DNA of 64,000 nucleotides, taken from positions 2,144,001 through 2,208,000 of the forward strand of contig CBDEFM010000002.1 of the NCBI GenBank assembly GCA_965237415.1. Reading direction: 5' to 3'. Position numbers and translations under genes: made by a program. Below, in pieces: positions 49,782-59,712 of this stretch (within the stretch, counting starts at the first letter, position 1; every line of letters starts with the position of its first letter). The notes beneath the pieces were generated by a model, which did not search any database, had not been told where the DNA came from, and saw nothing but the letters and a program-made list of their open reading frames with translations. The DNA comes from Alphaproteobacteria bacterium. Its GTDB lineage: Bacteria > Pseudomonadota > Alphaproteobacteria > UBA828.

Positions 49782-51302
49782 ATGTCTGAGCCGACAGACA
49801 TCCACGCGCTGCTGGAACGGGGCGCGCGCGACGATATCGCCATCGCGGCGCCGGAGCGTGAGCCGCTGACCTACGGGGGCTTGCGCGAGCAGGTCGGGCG
49901 GACGGGCGATGCGCTCGCTGGCACGGGCATTGGCCCGGGCGATAGGGTGGCGATCGTGCTCCCCAACGGGCCGGAGATGGCGACGGCTTTCCTCGGCGCG
50001 GCCGCGCACGCCACGGCGGCGCCGCTCAACCCCGCTTACCGTGTGGACGAGTTCGCCTTCTACCTCGAAGACCTGCGCGCCAAGGCACTGATCCTGAAGG
50101 CAGGGGCGGAGAGCCCGGCCATCGAGGCAGCAGCGCGTGTGGGCGTCCCGATCATCGGCCTCACGCCCGAGCCCGGCGCGGGTGCCGGCTGCTTCGGCCT
50201 CGACATTCCGTCCGGCACGGCCAAGCGGGGCAATTGCGACGAGGCGGACGACGCTGCGCTGGTGCTCCACACCTCGGGCACCACATCCCGGCCCAAGATC
50301 GTGCCGCTGACCGGCGCGAACCTCTGCGCGTCGGCACGCAATATCGCCGACTGGATCTCCCTCCGCCCCGGCGACCGCTGCCTCAACATCATGCCGCTCT
50401 TCCACATCCACGGGTTGATGGCAGGCGTGATGGCCTCGCTCCACGCGGGCGCCTGCGTGATCTGCACGCCGGGCTTCAACGGGCTCCGCGTCTTCGCGTG
50501 GCTCGACGAGATGGCGCCCACCTGGCTCACCGCCGTGCCCACCATGCACCAGGCGATCCTCGCCCGCGCCCCGCGCAACAAGGAGATCATCGCGCACCGC
50601 AGGCTGAGACTGCTGCGCTCGTCCTCCTCCTCGCTGCCGGCGCCGGTGATGGGCGAGCTCGAGGCGACCTTCGACGCGCCGGTGCTCGAGTCCTATGGGA
50701 TGACCGAGGCCTCCCACCAGATGACCAGCAACCCGATGCCGCCGGCGGAGCGCAGGCCCGGCGGAGTCGGGATCGCCGCAGGGCCCGAGGTCGCGATCAT
50801 GGACAAGGCCGGCACCTTGCTGGCGTCGGGCGCCACGGGCGAGGTAGTGATCCGCGGCCCGAACGTCACCCATGGCTACGAGAACAACCCGGAGGCCAAC
50901 GCGGCGGCGTTCGCCGACGGCTGGTTCCGCACCGGCGACCAGGGGGTGATCGATAAGGCCGGGTATCTCACGCTCACCGGCCGGCTCAAGGAGATCATCA
51001 ACCGGGGCGGCGAGAAGATCGCGCCCCGCGAGGTGGACGACGTGCTGATGACTCATCCCGCCGTGGCCCAAGCGGTGGCCTTCGCCGTGCCGCACCCGAA
51101 GCTCGGCGAGGATGTGGCGGCGGTGATCGTGCTGCGCGAGGGCGCCGAGGCAGGCGAGCGGGAGCTCCGCGCCTTCGCAGCCGACTCCCTCGCCGACTTC
51201 AAGGTCCCGCGCACGATCCTCTTCCGTGACGAGATCCCCAAGGGAGCGACCGGCAAGCTGCAGCGCATCGGGCTCGCCGAGAAGCTGGGCATCACGACGT
51301 GA
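49782..51302 (+). CDS. Acyl-CoA ligase, oxalate--CoA ligase-like
   Basis: LHTSGTTSRPK.VPL, MPLFHIHGL, YGMTEA.HQM.SNP, INRGGEKI, PKGATGKLQR. Confidence 0.82.
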   Translation: MSEPTDIHALLERGARDDIAIAAPEREPLTYGGLREQVGRTGDALAGTGIGPGDRVAIVLPNGPEMATAFLGAAAHATAAPLNPAYRVDEFAFYLEDLRAKALILKAGAESPAIEAAARVGVPIIGLTPEPGAGAGCFGLDIPSGTAKRGNCDEADDAALVLHTSGTTSRPKIVPLTGANLCASARNIADWISLRPGDRCLNIMPLFHIHGLMAGVMASLHAGACVICTPGFNGLRVFAWLDEMAPTWLTAVPTMHQAILARAPRNKEIIAHRRLRLLRSSSSSLPAPVMGELEATFDAPVLESYGMTEASHQMTSNPMPPAERRPGGVGIAAGPEVAIMDKAGTLLASGATGEVVIRGPNVTHGYENNPEANAAAFADGWFRTGDQGVIDKAGYLTLTGRLKEIINRGGEKIAPREVDDVLMTHPAVAQAVAFAVPHPKLGEDVAAVIVLREGAEAGERELRAFAADSLADFKVPRTILFRDEIPKGATGKLQRIGLAEKLGITT

Positions 51303-51342
51303 GGGGCCGTCGGCGTGATGCGGACTAAGAACTGAAGCCCTC

Positions 51343-51729
51343 ATGGGTCGTTCGGTCGCGCGCATAAAGAAGCGGCTCGAGAAAAAGGCCCGACGGGGCT
51401 TCCGCGGCTACCCACTCGCCACTGTGGCCTTTTATGGCCCGGATGACCAACGCGCCTCGAAGGTGGTCGCATCGGTCATGGACAGCCAGGACGAGGGCCC
51501 CGTACAGATGCGAAAGTGGTACAGCGAACATGCGGACGTGCGCCACGACGCCGATATCTTGGAGGAAGTGATCGCGTTCATTGCGGAGTTCGGCGCCCTC
51601 AGCGTGGCGATGCCCGACGGGATCATCGGCTGTCCTCACGAGGAAGAAATCGACTACGAAGGGTCCGTCTGCCCGGAGTGCCCGTTCTGGGCCAATCGCG
51701 ATCGCTGGACGGGCGAAGTCGTTCACTAG
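51343..51729 (+). CDS. Hypothetical protein with C-terminal Cys/His cluster
   Basis: GYPLAT.AFYGPDD..ASK; GCPHEE.IDY...CPECPFW; fills the gap between two genes. Confidence 0.75.
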   Translation: MGRSVARIKKRLEKKARRGFRGYPLATVAFYGPDDQRASKVVASVMDSQDEGPVQMRKWYSEHADVRHDADILEEVIAFIAEFGALSVAMPDGIIGCPHEEEIDYEGSVCPECPFWANRDRWTGEVVH

Positions 51730-51736
51730 GGGTGAC

Positions 51737-52726
51737 ATGAAGATCTGCATCGTCGGCGCTGGCGCGATCGGCGCCTATTTCGGCCTGGAGCTTGCGCAGG
51801 GCGGGGCGGAGGTCTCGCTGATCGCGCGCGGGGCCCATCTCGCGGCGATGCAGGAGAGCGGCGTCCGCGTGCGCGCCGGCGGCGAGGAGCGCCGGGCGCA
51901 GATTCGTGCGACCGACGATCCGGCGGAACTCGGGCCGCAGGACGCCGTCATCATCACCCTCAAGGCCCATTCCGTGCCGGGCATCTGCGACCGCCTGCAG
52001 CCGCTGCTCGGGCCGGAGACGGCCGTGGTCACGGCCTCCAACGGCATCCCCTGGTGGTATTTCCACAAGCTGGAAGGCCCCTACGAGGGCCGGCGCATCG
52101 CCGCGGTCGACCCCGGCGGCATCCAGTGGGACCTGATCGGGCCGGAACGCGCCATCGGCTGCGTCATCTTCGCCGCGGGCGAGATCGTCGAGCCCGGCGT
52201 GATCGAGGTCTCCGCCCATCTGAGCCAGAAGCGGCTGCCCTTCGGCGAGCCGGACGGGACGCGTAGCGAGCGGGTGCAGACGCTGAGCCGGGCCTTCATC
52301 GCCGCCGGCTTCAAGTCGCCGGTGCGGACCGACATCCGCTCGGACATCTGGGTCAAGCTCTGGGGCAACCTCGCCTTCAACCCCGTGAGCGCGCTTACCG
52401 GCGCCACGCTTGAGGACATCGCGCGCGACGCCGGCACCCGCGCCGTGATCCGCGCCATGATGGTGGAGGGGCAGGCGGTGGGCGAGGCGCTCAGCGCGCG
52501 CTTCGCCATCGACGTGGACAAGCGCATCGAGGGCGCCGAGCAGGTGGGCGCCCACCGGACCTCGATGCTTCAGGACTTGATGCTGGGCCGGCCCATGGAG
52601 ATCGAGGCGCTGGTAGGCGTGATCGCCGAGCTGGGCCGTCTGGTGGGCGTGCCGACCCCCACCATCGACATGGTCTATGCGCTGGTGAAGCAGCGCGCGG
52701 TCGAGGCGGGGTGTATGCCCGGCTGA
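51737..52726 (+). CDS. Ketopantoate reductase family protein (PanE2/oxalyl-CoA reductase-like)
   Basis: GAGAIG, KAH, NG.PWWYF, W.KLWGN..FNP, TSMLQD...GRP.E. Confidence 0.85.
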   Translation: MKICIVGAGAIGAYFGLELAQGGAEVSLIARGAHLAAMQESGVRVRAGGEERRAQIRATDDPAELGPQDAVIITLKAHSVPGICDRLQPLLGPETAVVTASNGIPWWYFHKLEGPYEGRRIAAVDPGGIQWDLIGPERAIGCVIFAAGEIVEPGVIEVSAHLSQKRLPFGEPDGTRSERVQTLSRAFIAAGFKSPVRTDIRSDIWVKLWGNLAFNPVSALTGATLEDIARDAGTRAVIRAMMVEGQAVGEALSARFAIDVDKRIEGAEQVGAHRTSMLQDLMLGRPMEIEALVGVIAELGRLVGVPTPTIDMVYALVKQRAVEAGCMPG

Positions 52727-52781
52727 CCCGAATTTCTCGGCGCATCCACGGCCTGTCCCGCGCGCGAGACACATTTTCAAT

Positions 52782-52829
52782 GCGGGATTCGCCGGGATTA
52801 AGTGGGATTAAGTGGGATAAGCGGGATTC
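52782..52829 (-). repeat. Phased ATCCC array, copy 2 (inverted)
   Basis: gcgggattcgccgggattaagtgggattaagtgggataagcgggattc is the reverse complement of copy 1 with one mismatch. Confidence 0.9.
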
Positions 52830-53025
52830 TGCGGCACAAGCGTCGGCAATGACGTGGGCTGCGGCCCGCTCGCTGTTGTGCTGCATGACGCGATCCTGGC
52901 ACAGACACCGTGTACCGTGCTCCGCACCATGATCCGGAGCGTCAACCCAGCCTTCTCACGACTGTCTCGGCCTGCGTCGCGGGTCGCGAGACGCCGCGAA
53001 CGGGCGCCTCGGCACGGCACCGTTT

Positions 53026-54612
53026 TCAGATAGCCAGCGCGCAGCCGTCCTTGCGCGGGTCTGAGCCGCCGGTGAGCACGCCGGTCTCGCGGTCGATGGC
53101 AATCGCCTGGCCGCCGCCGTGGGGCATGTCCGCCCATTCGACCGCGTGGCCGAGGCCCGCGAGACGCTGGGCGGTCTCCTCGGCGATCGTGGTCTCCAGC
53201 GTCAGCACGCCGCCGAAGTGGAAGGCGCGGGGGCAATCCAGCGCCGCCTGCGGGTCTAGGCGATAGTCGATCACGTTGGTGAGGAAGTGGGCGTGGCCGC
53301 AGGCCTGGAAGTGCCCGCCCATCACGCCGAAGGGCATCACGGCATGATCGCCCTGCCCCACCATGCCGGGGATGATCGTGTGCATCGGCCGCTTGCCGCC
53401 GGCGATGCGGTTGGGGTGATCCGGGTCGATGACGAAGCTCGCGCCCCGGTTCTGCAGCATCACGCCCGAGGACGTGCAGAGGCCCGAGCCGAAGGACGAG
53501 AACAGCGAGTTGATGAAGGAGATCGCGTTGCCCTCGCCATCCACCACGGTGAGGTAGATGGTATCGCCGTGGGCCGGGTAGCCGGGCGGCAGCTCCGCCG
53601 GCATGGCGCGCGCCGGGTCGATGTGGCGGCGCATGGCGTCGGCGTAGCCGGCCGAGAGCAGCCCCTCCACCGGCACGTCCACCGTGTCGGGGTCGGCGAT
53701 CAGCGCCGCACGGTCGCGATAGCCGAGGCGCGAGGCCTCGGCCTCCAGATGCAACCGTTCGGCACCCACCGGGTCGAGCCCGGCCAGCTCGAAGCCCTCG
53801 AGGATGTTGAGGATGAGCAGCGCGATGATCCCCTGCCCGTTGGGCGGGCACTCGTAGATGTCGAAGCCCCGGTAGTTCGCGCTGATGGGCTCCACCGCCT
53901 GCGGCTGGAAGGCGGCGAGGTCGTCCGCCGTCATCAGGCTGCCGTGGTCCTGAAGGTGGGCCACGATGTCGTCGGCGATGGAGCCGCGATAGAAGGCTTG
54001 AGCGCCCTCCTTCGCGATCAGGCGGAGCGTCTTCGCCAGCGCCGGCAGGCGATGGAGATCGCCGGCTCGGGGCGCCCGCCCGCCGGGCAGGTAGATAGCG
54101 CGCGCGTTCTCGCAGGCGTGGAGCTTCCCCGCGGCGCTCCCCCAGTCGTGCGCGACCCGGCTATGGACGACGTATCCCTCCTCGGCATAGCGGATGGCGG
54201 GCTGCAGGACCTCGTCGAGGCCCTTGGTCCCGTGGTCCGCGAGCAACCGCTCCCACGTGCCGACAGCGCCCGGCACGGTGACGGCGTGCGGGCTCTCGAA
54301 GTCGATGGCGTCGATGCCCTGCTCCTGGAACCATTCGACGCTCGCCGCAGCCGGCGCCCGGCCTGAGCCGTTGATGGCGTAAGGCGGCACCCGGCCGCCG
54401 GGGGCATAGAGGGCGAAGCAGTCGCCGCCGATGCCGGTGGATTGCGGCTCGACCACGCCTTGCACGGCACAGGCCGCGACCGCCGCATCCACGGCGTTGC
54501 CGTCCGCGCGCAGCACCTCGATCGCGGTTCCCGTGGCCAGCGGATGCGAGGTCGCCGCCACGCCGCGCGTGCCGTGGACCATGGACCGCCCCGGACGCTG
54601 AAAATCACGCAT
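53026..54612 (-). CDS. Gamma-glutamyltransferase family protein
   Basis: GNAVDAA, GIGGD.F, VPG, PPNGQG, nucleophile Thr in GDTIY...D, KRP.HTIIP, GVMGG, SDPRKDG. Confidence 0.92.
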   Translation of the reverse strand: MRDFQRPGRSMVHGTRGVAATSHPLATGTAIEVLRADGNAVDAAVAACAVQGVVEPQSTGIGGDCFALYAPGGRVPPYAINGSGRAPAAASVEWFQEQGIDAIDFESPHAVTVPGAVGTWERLLADHGTKGLDEVLQPAIRYAEEGYVVHSRVAHDWGSAAGKLHACENARAIYLPGGRAPRAGDLHRLPALAKTLRLIAKEGAQAFYRGSIADDIVAHLQDHGSLMTADDLAAFQPQAVEPISANYRGFDIYECPPNGQGIIALLILNILEGFELAGLDPVGAERLHLEAEASRLGYRDRAALIADPDTVDVPVEGLLSAGYADAMRRHIDPARAMPAELPPGYPAHGDTIYLTVVDGEGNAISFINSLFSSFGSGLCTSSGVMLQNRGASFVIDPDHPNRIAGGKRPMHTIIPGMVGQGDHAVMPFGVMGGHFQACGHAHFLTNVIDYRLDPQAALDCPRAFHFGGVLTLETTIAEETAQRLAGLGHAVEWADMPHGGGQAIAIDRETGVLTGGSDPRKDGCALAI

Positions 54613-54808
54613 CGACCTCTCCTCCCGCCTGTGCGCCGCCGCGTTGCCGGGGTTTTAGACCGTTTAGCGGCCGCACGAAATGGCCGGTCCGGCGACGACG
54701 AAAGCTTGCCGCCGAAGACCTCTTCCGCAGCCGGTCGGCTTGACGGTCCCGACCCTGAGGCATAGCCTTTCAAAAATAGCGTTCTGGGATGGGGGAGGCA
54801 CGAAGGCC

Positions 54809-56083
54809 ATGTTCATGAAATCAACCGACAAATCGAGCCTTCGGGGATGGCTGAAGCGGTCATTCGCGATGGCAATTATCGCTTGCGCGGTTGCGCTTGC
54901 CGCTCCGGCGCAGGCGAACGACACCATCAAGATCGGCTTCAGCATGGCGCTGACCGGCGGTCTTGCCGGTGCCGGCAAGGGTGCGCTCATCGCCATGCAG
55001 GTGTGGGCCGAGGACGTCAACGCCGCGGGCGGGCTGCTCGGCAAGCAGGTCGAGCTCATCTACTACGACGATCAAACCAACCCTGCGACCGTACCCGCGA
55101 TCTACACGAAGCTGCTCGACATCGACGATGTCGACTTCGTTGTGTCCGGCTATGGCACGAATCTGATCGCGCCGGCGATGCCGATCGTCATGCAGCGGGA
55201 TCTGGTGTTTCCGGCGCTGTTCGGCCTCGCGGTCAACGAAAAGTTCAACTATCCGAACTACTTCCAAATCATGCCGGCGGGACCGGAGCCGATGACGGAC
55301 TGGTCTAAGGGATTTTTCGACGTTGCCATGGCGCAGGATCCGCCGCCGAAGACGATTGCGCTCATCGGCGCCGATGCCGAGTTCGCCCGCAATGCGGTGA
55401 ATGGCGCGCGGACCAATGCGGAGAACCTCGGGCTCGAGATCGTCTATGACGAGTCCTATCCGCCGAAGACTCCGGACTACACGCCCATCGTCAATGCGAT
55501 TCAGGCGCGCAATCCGGATATCGTTTATGTCGGCTCCTATCCGCCCGATTCGGTCGGGATGGTGAAGGCGGCCACCGAGGTCGGTCTCACGGCTAAGATG
55601 TTCGGCGGCGGCATGGTGGGGCTTCAGTTCGCCTCGATCATGAAGGCGCTCGGGCCGAAGCTGAACGGCATCGTGAACTACGATTTCTGGGTGCCGGAGC
55701 CGACGCTGAAGTTCGAGGGCGTCGAGGCGTTCCTCGCCAAGTACCAGAAGGCGGCCGAGGGACAGGGCGTGGACCCGCTGGGCTATTATCTCCAACCCTA
55801 CGCCTATGCCTATCTGCAAATACTCGGGGATGCGATCGCCGCTACCGACAGCATGGATCACGCTGCCATCGGCGAATACATTCGCAACTCCGAGTTCGAC
55901 ACCGTCGTCGGCAAGGTGAGCTTCGCGCCGAACGGCGAGTGGGCGAAGACCCGCGTGCTGATGGTGCAGTACCAGGGGATCGAGGATAACGAGCTCGCGA
56001 CCTTCACCAAGGCGGGGACGCGTGTCGTGCTCTATCCGGCGGAATGGAAGTCGGGGGACATCAACTACCCCTACGCCGAATAG
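54809..56083 (+). CDS. Liv-type ABC substrate-binding protein
   Basis: Signal peptide; IKIGFSMALTGGLA, NA.GGLLG..V....YDD. Confidence 0.88.
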   Translation: MFMKSTDKSSLRGWLKRSFAMAIIACAVALAAPAQANDTIKIGFSMALTGGLAGAGKGALIAMQVWAEDVNAAGGLLGKQVELIYYDDQTNPATVPAIYTKLLDIDDVDFVVSGYGTNLIAPAMPIVMQRDLVFPALFGLAVNEKFNYPNYFQIMPAGPEPMTDWSKGFFDVAMAQDPPPKTIALIGADAEFARNAVNGARTNAENLGLEIVYDESYPPKTPDYTPIVNAIQARNPDIVYVGSYPPDSVGMVKAATEVGLTAKMFGGGMVGLQFASIMKALGPKLNGIVNYDFWVPEPTLKFEGVEAFLAKYQKAAEGQGVDPLGYYLQPYAYAYLQILGDAIAATDSMDHAAIGEYIRNSEFDTVVGKVSFAPNGEWAKTRVLMVQYQGIEDNELATFTKAGTRVVLYPAEWKSGDINYPYAE

Positions 56084-56121
56084 CCCGCGCTCCCGAGAGG
56101 AGCCGAACAGCGGCTGAAGAT

Positions 56122-56158
56122 GGAAATGTCATCCCGCGCTCGACGGGATGACATTTCC
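56122..56158. repeat. Perfect 15-bp inverted repeat between SBP and permease genes
   Basis: ggaaatgtcatcccg-cgctcga-cgggatgacatttcc; position typical of an mRNA-stabilising or attenuating hairpin. Confidence 0.7.
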
Positions 56159-56182
56159 TGTTCCCGGTAGGGCGGACTACCG

Positions 56183-57055
56183 TTGTTCTCCGTCGATCTT
56201 CTTCTGAACGCGTTGATAGCCGGCGTGCTGCTCGGCGGCTTTTACGCCGCGGTCAGCCTCGGGCTGACCGTCTCGTTCGGGCAGCTCAACATCGTCAATA
56301 TCGCGCATCCGGCATTCGTCATCCTGGGCTCCTATATCGCCTACATGTGCAACGATCTTTGGGGGCTGGATCCAATTCTGGCGGGACTCATATTCATTCC
56401 TGTGTTCTTCCTGATCGGTGCCGGCGCTTATCGGCTTTACTACGAGAGTTTCGAGCGCAAGGACGACGAAGCGCTGCGCGGCCTCGCCTTCTTCTTCGGC
56501 GTCATGTTCATCATCGAGGTCGGGCTGATCATGGTTTACGGCGTGGATTTCCGCACGGTGCAGGCATCCTACATCGGGCAAAGCTGGAAAGCCGGCGCGG
56601 TCGGGGTGCCGACCCGCATGTTCGTGCCGTTTTGCGTCTCCATCGCGATGTTCACGGCCGTCTATCTCTACATGTCGCGCACCTTCAACGGCCGCGCCAT
56701 CAAGGCCGTGGCGCAGGATCGCCTCGCGCTGCAGCTCATGGGCGCCGACCCGGTCAAGATCAAGCAGCTCGGCTTCGGCATCAGCATCGGGACCGCTGCG
56801 CTCGCCGGTGCGCTGCTGATCATCATCATCCCGGTCGAGCCGTCGGTCGGCCGGCTCTATATCGGCCAGGTGTTTGCGATTGCGGTGCTCGCCGGACTCG
56901 GATCGATTCCCGGCACGCTGGTCGCAGGCATCGTCCTCGGCGTCGCCGAGAGCTTGGTCTCGACGTTCTTCGGCCCCTCATGGGCGCCTGCCGTGGCCTT
57001 CGGCATTCTGCTGCTGGCCCTCGCCTTCCGACCGCAGGGGCTGTTCGGCCGATGA
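56183..57055 (+). CDS. ABC permease (LivH-like)
   Basis: GG.YA..SLGL...FG....VN.AH, GRAIKAVAQD, RPQGLFG. Confidence 0.9.
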   Translation: MFSVDLLLNALIAGVLLGGFYAAVSLGLTVSFGQLNIVNIAHPAFVILGSYIAYMCNDLWGLDPILAGLIFIPVFFLIGAGAYRLYYESFERKDDEALRGLAFFFGVMFIIEVGLIMVYGVDFRTVQASYIGQSWKAGAVGVPTRMFVPFCVSIAMFTAVYLYMSRTFNGRAIKAVAQDRLALQLMGADPVKIKQLGFGISIGTAALAGALLIIIIPVEPSVGRLYIGQVFAIAVLAGLGSIPGTLVAGIVLGVAESLVSTFFGPSWAPAVAFGILLLALAFRPQGLFGR

Positions 57056-58023
57056 GAATGCCTGCGGTGAAGCTCTCCGCCTTCTGGATCTGCGCCGCAG
57101 CCGTCGCACTGATAGGCGCCGCAGTGACGATCTTCGACGCGTTCGCCATCAACAAGTTCATCTTTTTCGCGGGCTATGTCGTCCTGCAATACGTGATTCT
57201 CGCGACCGCCTGGAACATCATGGGCGGCTACATGGGGTATGTGAATTTCGGCACCGCGGGGTTCTTTGCGGTGGGCGCATACAGCTCCGTCGTCCTCTAC
57301 AACCTGTTCGAAGCGCCCTTGGCGCTGATGATCCCCTTCTCGGGCGTGGTCTGTGCGTTGCTCGGGCTCGCCATGGGCTACCTGACGCTCCGGCTGCGGG
57401 GTGTCTTCTTCGCCATCGCGACGCTCGCCATGGCCATCGTCCTCGAGACCTTGATGATTAACTGGGATTACGTGGGCGGTGCCACCGGCGCCTACATCCT
57501 CCGCTCGCGGGAAATGGCGCCGTTCGGCGACTACGTCGAGTACCTGTTCTTCGTGATGCTCCTGCTCGCGATTTTCGCGGTCGCGGTTGCGCGCTGGATC
57601 GAGCTGTCGAAGGCGGGGCGCGGCTTTGCCGCCATCCGCGACGATGAGATTGCGGCCGAATGCGCCGGCGTTCCGACCCTTCGGCTCAAGCTGATCGCGA
57701 CGACGGTTTCCGGATTCCTGATGGGTGTCGCCGGCTCACCGTTCGCGCTCTACGTGGGCTTTGTCGAGCCCTCGTCGGCGTTCAATCTCATCTATGCGGT
57801 GAACGCCATTGCGATGCCGATGATCGGCGGCGCCACCACGTGGCTCGGCCCGCTGATCGGTGCGCTGCTGCTCGGCACCGTCCAGCAGGTCGCGACGGTG
57901 ACAATCTCGTCCGAGCTCAACCTCCTGATCGTCGGCGTGGTACTCGTATTCTTCGTCATCGTCGCGCCCGAAGGCATCGTCGGGCTGCTCCGAAAGTGGT
58001 GGAGGCCGCGCGATGACAAGTGA
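57052..58023 (+). CDS. ABC permease (LivM-like)
   Basis: ATGA overlap; WNI.GGY.GYVNFG, LRLRG.FFAIATL, AIRDDE.AA, PEGIVG. Confidence 0.9.
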   Translation: MRMPAVKLSAFWICAAAVALIGAAVTIFDAFAINKFIFFAGYVVLQYVILATAWNIMGGYMGYVNFGTAGFFAVGAYSSVVLYNLFEAPLALMIPFSGVVCALLGLAMGYLTLRLRGVFFAIATLAMAIVLETLMINWDYVGGATGAYILRSREMAPFGDYVEYLFFVMLLLAIFAVAVARWIELSKAGRGFAAIRDDEIAAECAGVPTLRLKLIATTVSGFLMGVAGSPFALYVGFVEPSSAFNLIYAVNAIAMPMIGGATTWLGPLIGALLLGTVQQVATVTISSELNLLIVGVVLVFFVIVAPEGIVGLLRKWWRPRDDK

Positions 58024-58735
58024 CTCGTTGCTCGATGTGCGGACCGTCTCCAAGCGTTTCGGCGGCTTCACGGCGCTGGACAAGATCAGCATGGAGGTCC
58101 GGGCGGGCGAGCGCTTCGGGATGATCGGCCCGAACGGCTCAGGCAAGACCACCATGATCAACTGCATCTCAGGCACGCTGGCGAACGACGGCGGCGAGAT
58201 CGTCTTCAAGGGCGTAAAGCTCGACGGCAAGAAGCCCCATCTACGCACGCGATTGGGAATCTCGCGGTCGTTCCAGATTCCCAAGCCGTTCCGCTCGATG
58301 ACGGTGCTGGAGAACCTGGGCGTCGCGCTCGAATTCGCGACCGGCACGAGCCGGGGCGAAGTCCGGGAACGCGGCATGGCGATTCTGGAGACGATCGGCC
58401 TTGCGGACCGCGCCGGCGCGAACGCGGGCGCGCTGACGCAAATCGACATGCGCAAGCTCGAGCTCGCCCGCGCTATGGCAACCCAACCGGAATTGCTGAT
58501 TTCCGACGAAGCGATGGCCGGCCTCTCGTCGACCGAGGTCGACGACATCCTCGACATTCTGTTCAAGCTGAATGAAGGCGGCATCACCATCATCATGATC
58601 GAGCACATCATGCGGGCGGTGATGCGATTCTCGACGCGGATCGTGGTGTTGGACGCGGGCCAGAAGATCGCGGAGGGCAAGCCCGACGAGATCGTAAACG
58701 ACCCCGAGGTAGAGAGGGCCTATCTCGGTGAGTAG
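58013..58735 (+). CDS. ABC ATP-binding protein (LivG-like)
   Basis: GPNGSGKTT, RSFQ, DEAMAGL, IEH, AYLG. Confidence 0.9.
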   Translation: MTSDSLLDVRTVSKRFGGFTALDKISMEVRAGERFGMIGPNGSGKTTMINCISGTLANDGGEIVFKGVKLDGKKPHLRTRLGISRSFQIPKPFRSMTVLENLGVALEFATGTSRGEVRERGMAILETIGLADRAGANAGALTQIDMRKLELARAMATQPELLISDEAMAGLSSTEVDDILDILFKLNEGGITIIMIEHIMRAVMRFSTRIVVLDAGQKIAEGKPDEIVNDPEVERAYLGE

Positions 58736-59459
58736 GATCGTCGTCGATAACATCGAAGCGGGCTACGGCTCCGTGCGCGTGTTGCACGGCGTCTCGGTCT
58801 CCGTCGATCCCGGCGAGACGGTCGTCCTGCTCGGCACGAACGGCAACGGCAAGTCGACACTCATCAGTTGCATCATGGGGATCGTCTCTCCGTCCGCCGG
58901 GTCCATCACGTTCGAGACCGAGGACGGCGATCGGATCGAGCTGGTCGGGAAGACGCCTCAGCAGGTGGTCGAGCTCGGCATCTCGCTGGTACCGGAAGGC
59001 CGGCGCCTGTTCCCCCAACTCACGGTGTCTGAAAACCTGATGCTCGGCGCCTATCGGAAATCGGCGCGGCAGCGGATCGGCGCCAATCTGGAGTTTGCGT
59101 TCGAGGCCTTCCCGGTTCTTGCCGAGCGCCGGCGCCAGCTCGCGGGCTCCATGTCGGGCGGCGAGCAGCAAATGCTGGCCATCGCCCGCGCGCTGATGTC
59201 GGAACCCCGCATCCTGCTGATCGACGAGCCCTCCGTCGGGCTCGCGCCGATCCTGGTGAGCCGCGTGATCGCCAAGATCAGGGAGCTGAAAGAGCGGCGC
59301 AATCTGACCGTGCTGATGGCCGAGCAGAACTTCAATCAGGCCATCAAGATCGCGGATCGCGGCTACATCATCGTTCACGGTGAAATTGCGTTCGCCGCGG
59401 CAACCGCCGCCGATCTGTCCGAAAACGAGATGGTCAAGCGATACTATCTCGGCGCCTGA
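58728..59459 (+). CDS. ABC ATP-binding protein (LivF-like)
   Basis: GTNGNGKST, VPEGRRLF, MSGGEQQMLAI.RALM, DEPS.GLAP. Confidence 0.9.
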   Translation: MSRIVVDNIEAGYGSVRVLHGVSVSVDPGETVVLLGTNGNGKSTLISCIMGIVSPSAGSITFETEDGDRIELVGKTPQQVVELGISLVPEGRRLFPQLTVSENLMLGAYRKSARQRIGANLEFAFEAFPVLAERRRQLAGSMSGGEQQMLAIARALMSEPRILLIDEPSVGLAPILVSRVIAKIRELKERRNLTVLMAEQNFNQAIKIADRGYIIVHGEIAFAAATAADLSENEMVKRYYLGA

Positions 59460-59712
59460 CGCGCGCATCCGTCCGGGGCGCCTCCCGGTGTACGGCCGGC
59501 GCAGCCGCGGCCTTTCACGAAATGTTGCGCAGCTCTGCCACCCGCCCGTATGGCAGGGGCATGGTGCTTTTGTTAATGTCCGCCGATGGCTGTGGAACCG
59601 ATCGCTATGCTTGAGTTTGGAGCCGCCACAGCCAATATCACGACAAGGGGCTGCGCGAGGCTATCGCGCTGAAAGCCGCCTGACGAGGACAGCAACGCAG
59701 GGGGTCGAGAAC

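Noticed and set aside
48807-51365. 852-aa minus-strand ORF and similar long antisense ORFs (15360-17696, 18526-20427, 24358-26283, 8579-10156)
   Set aside because: Shadow frames of well-supported genes in high-GC DNA, with low-complexity R/G/A/P translations and no motifs.
31647-52829. Composite transposon bounded by the inverted 48-bp repeats
   Set aside because: No transposase or target duplication seen, and the interior holds housekeeping genes; kept only as dispersed repeats.
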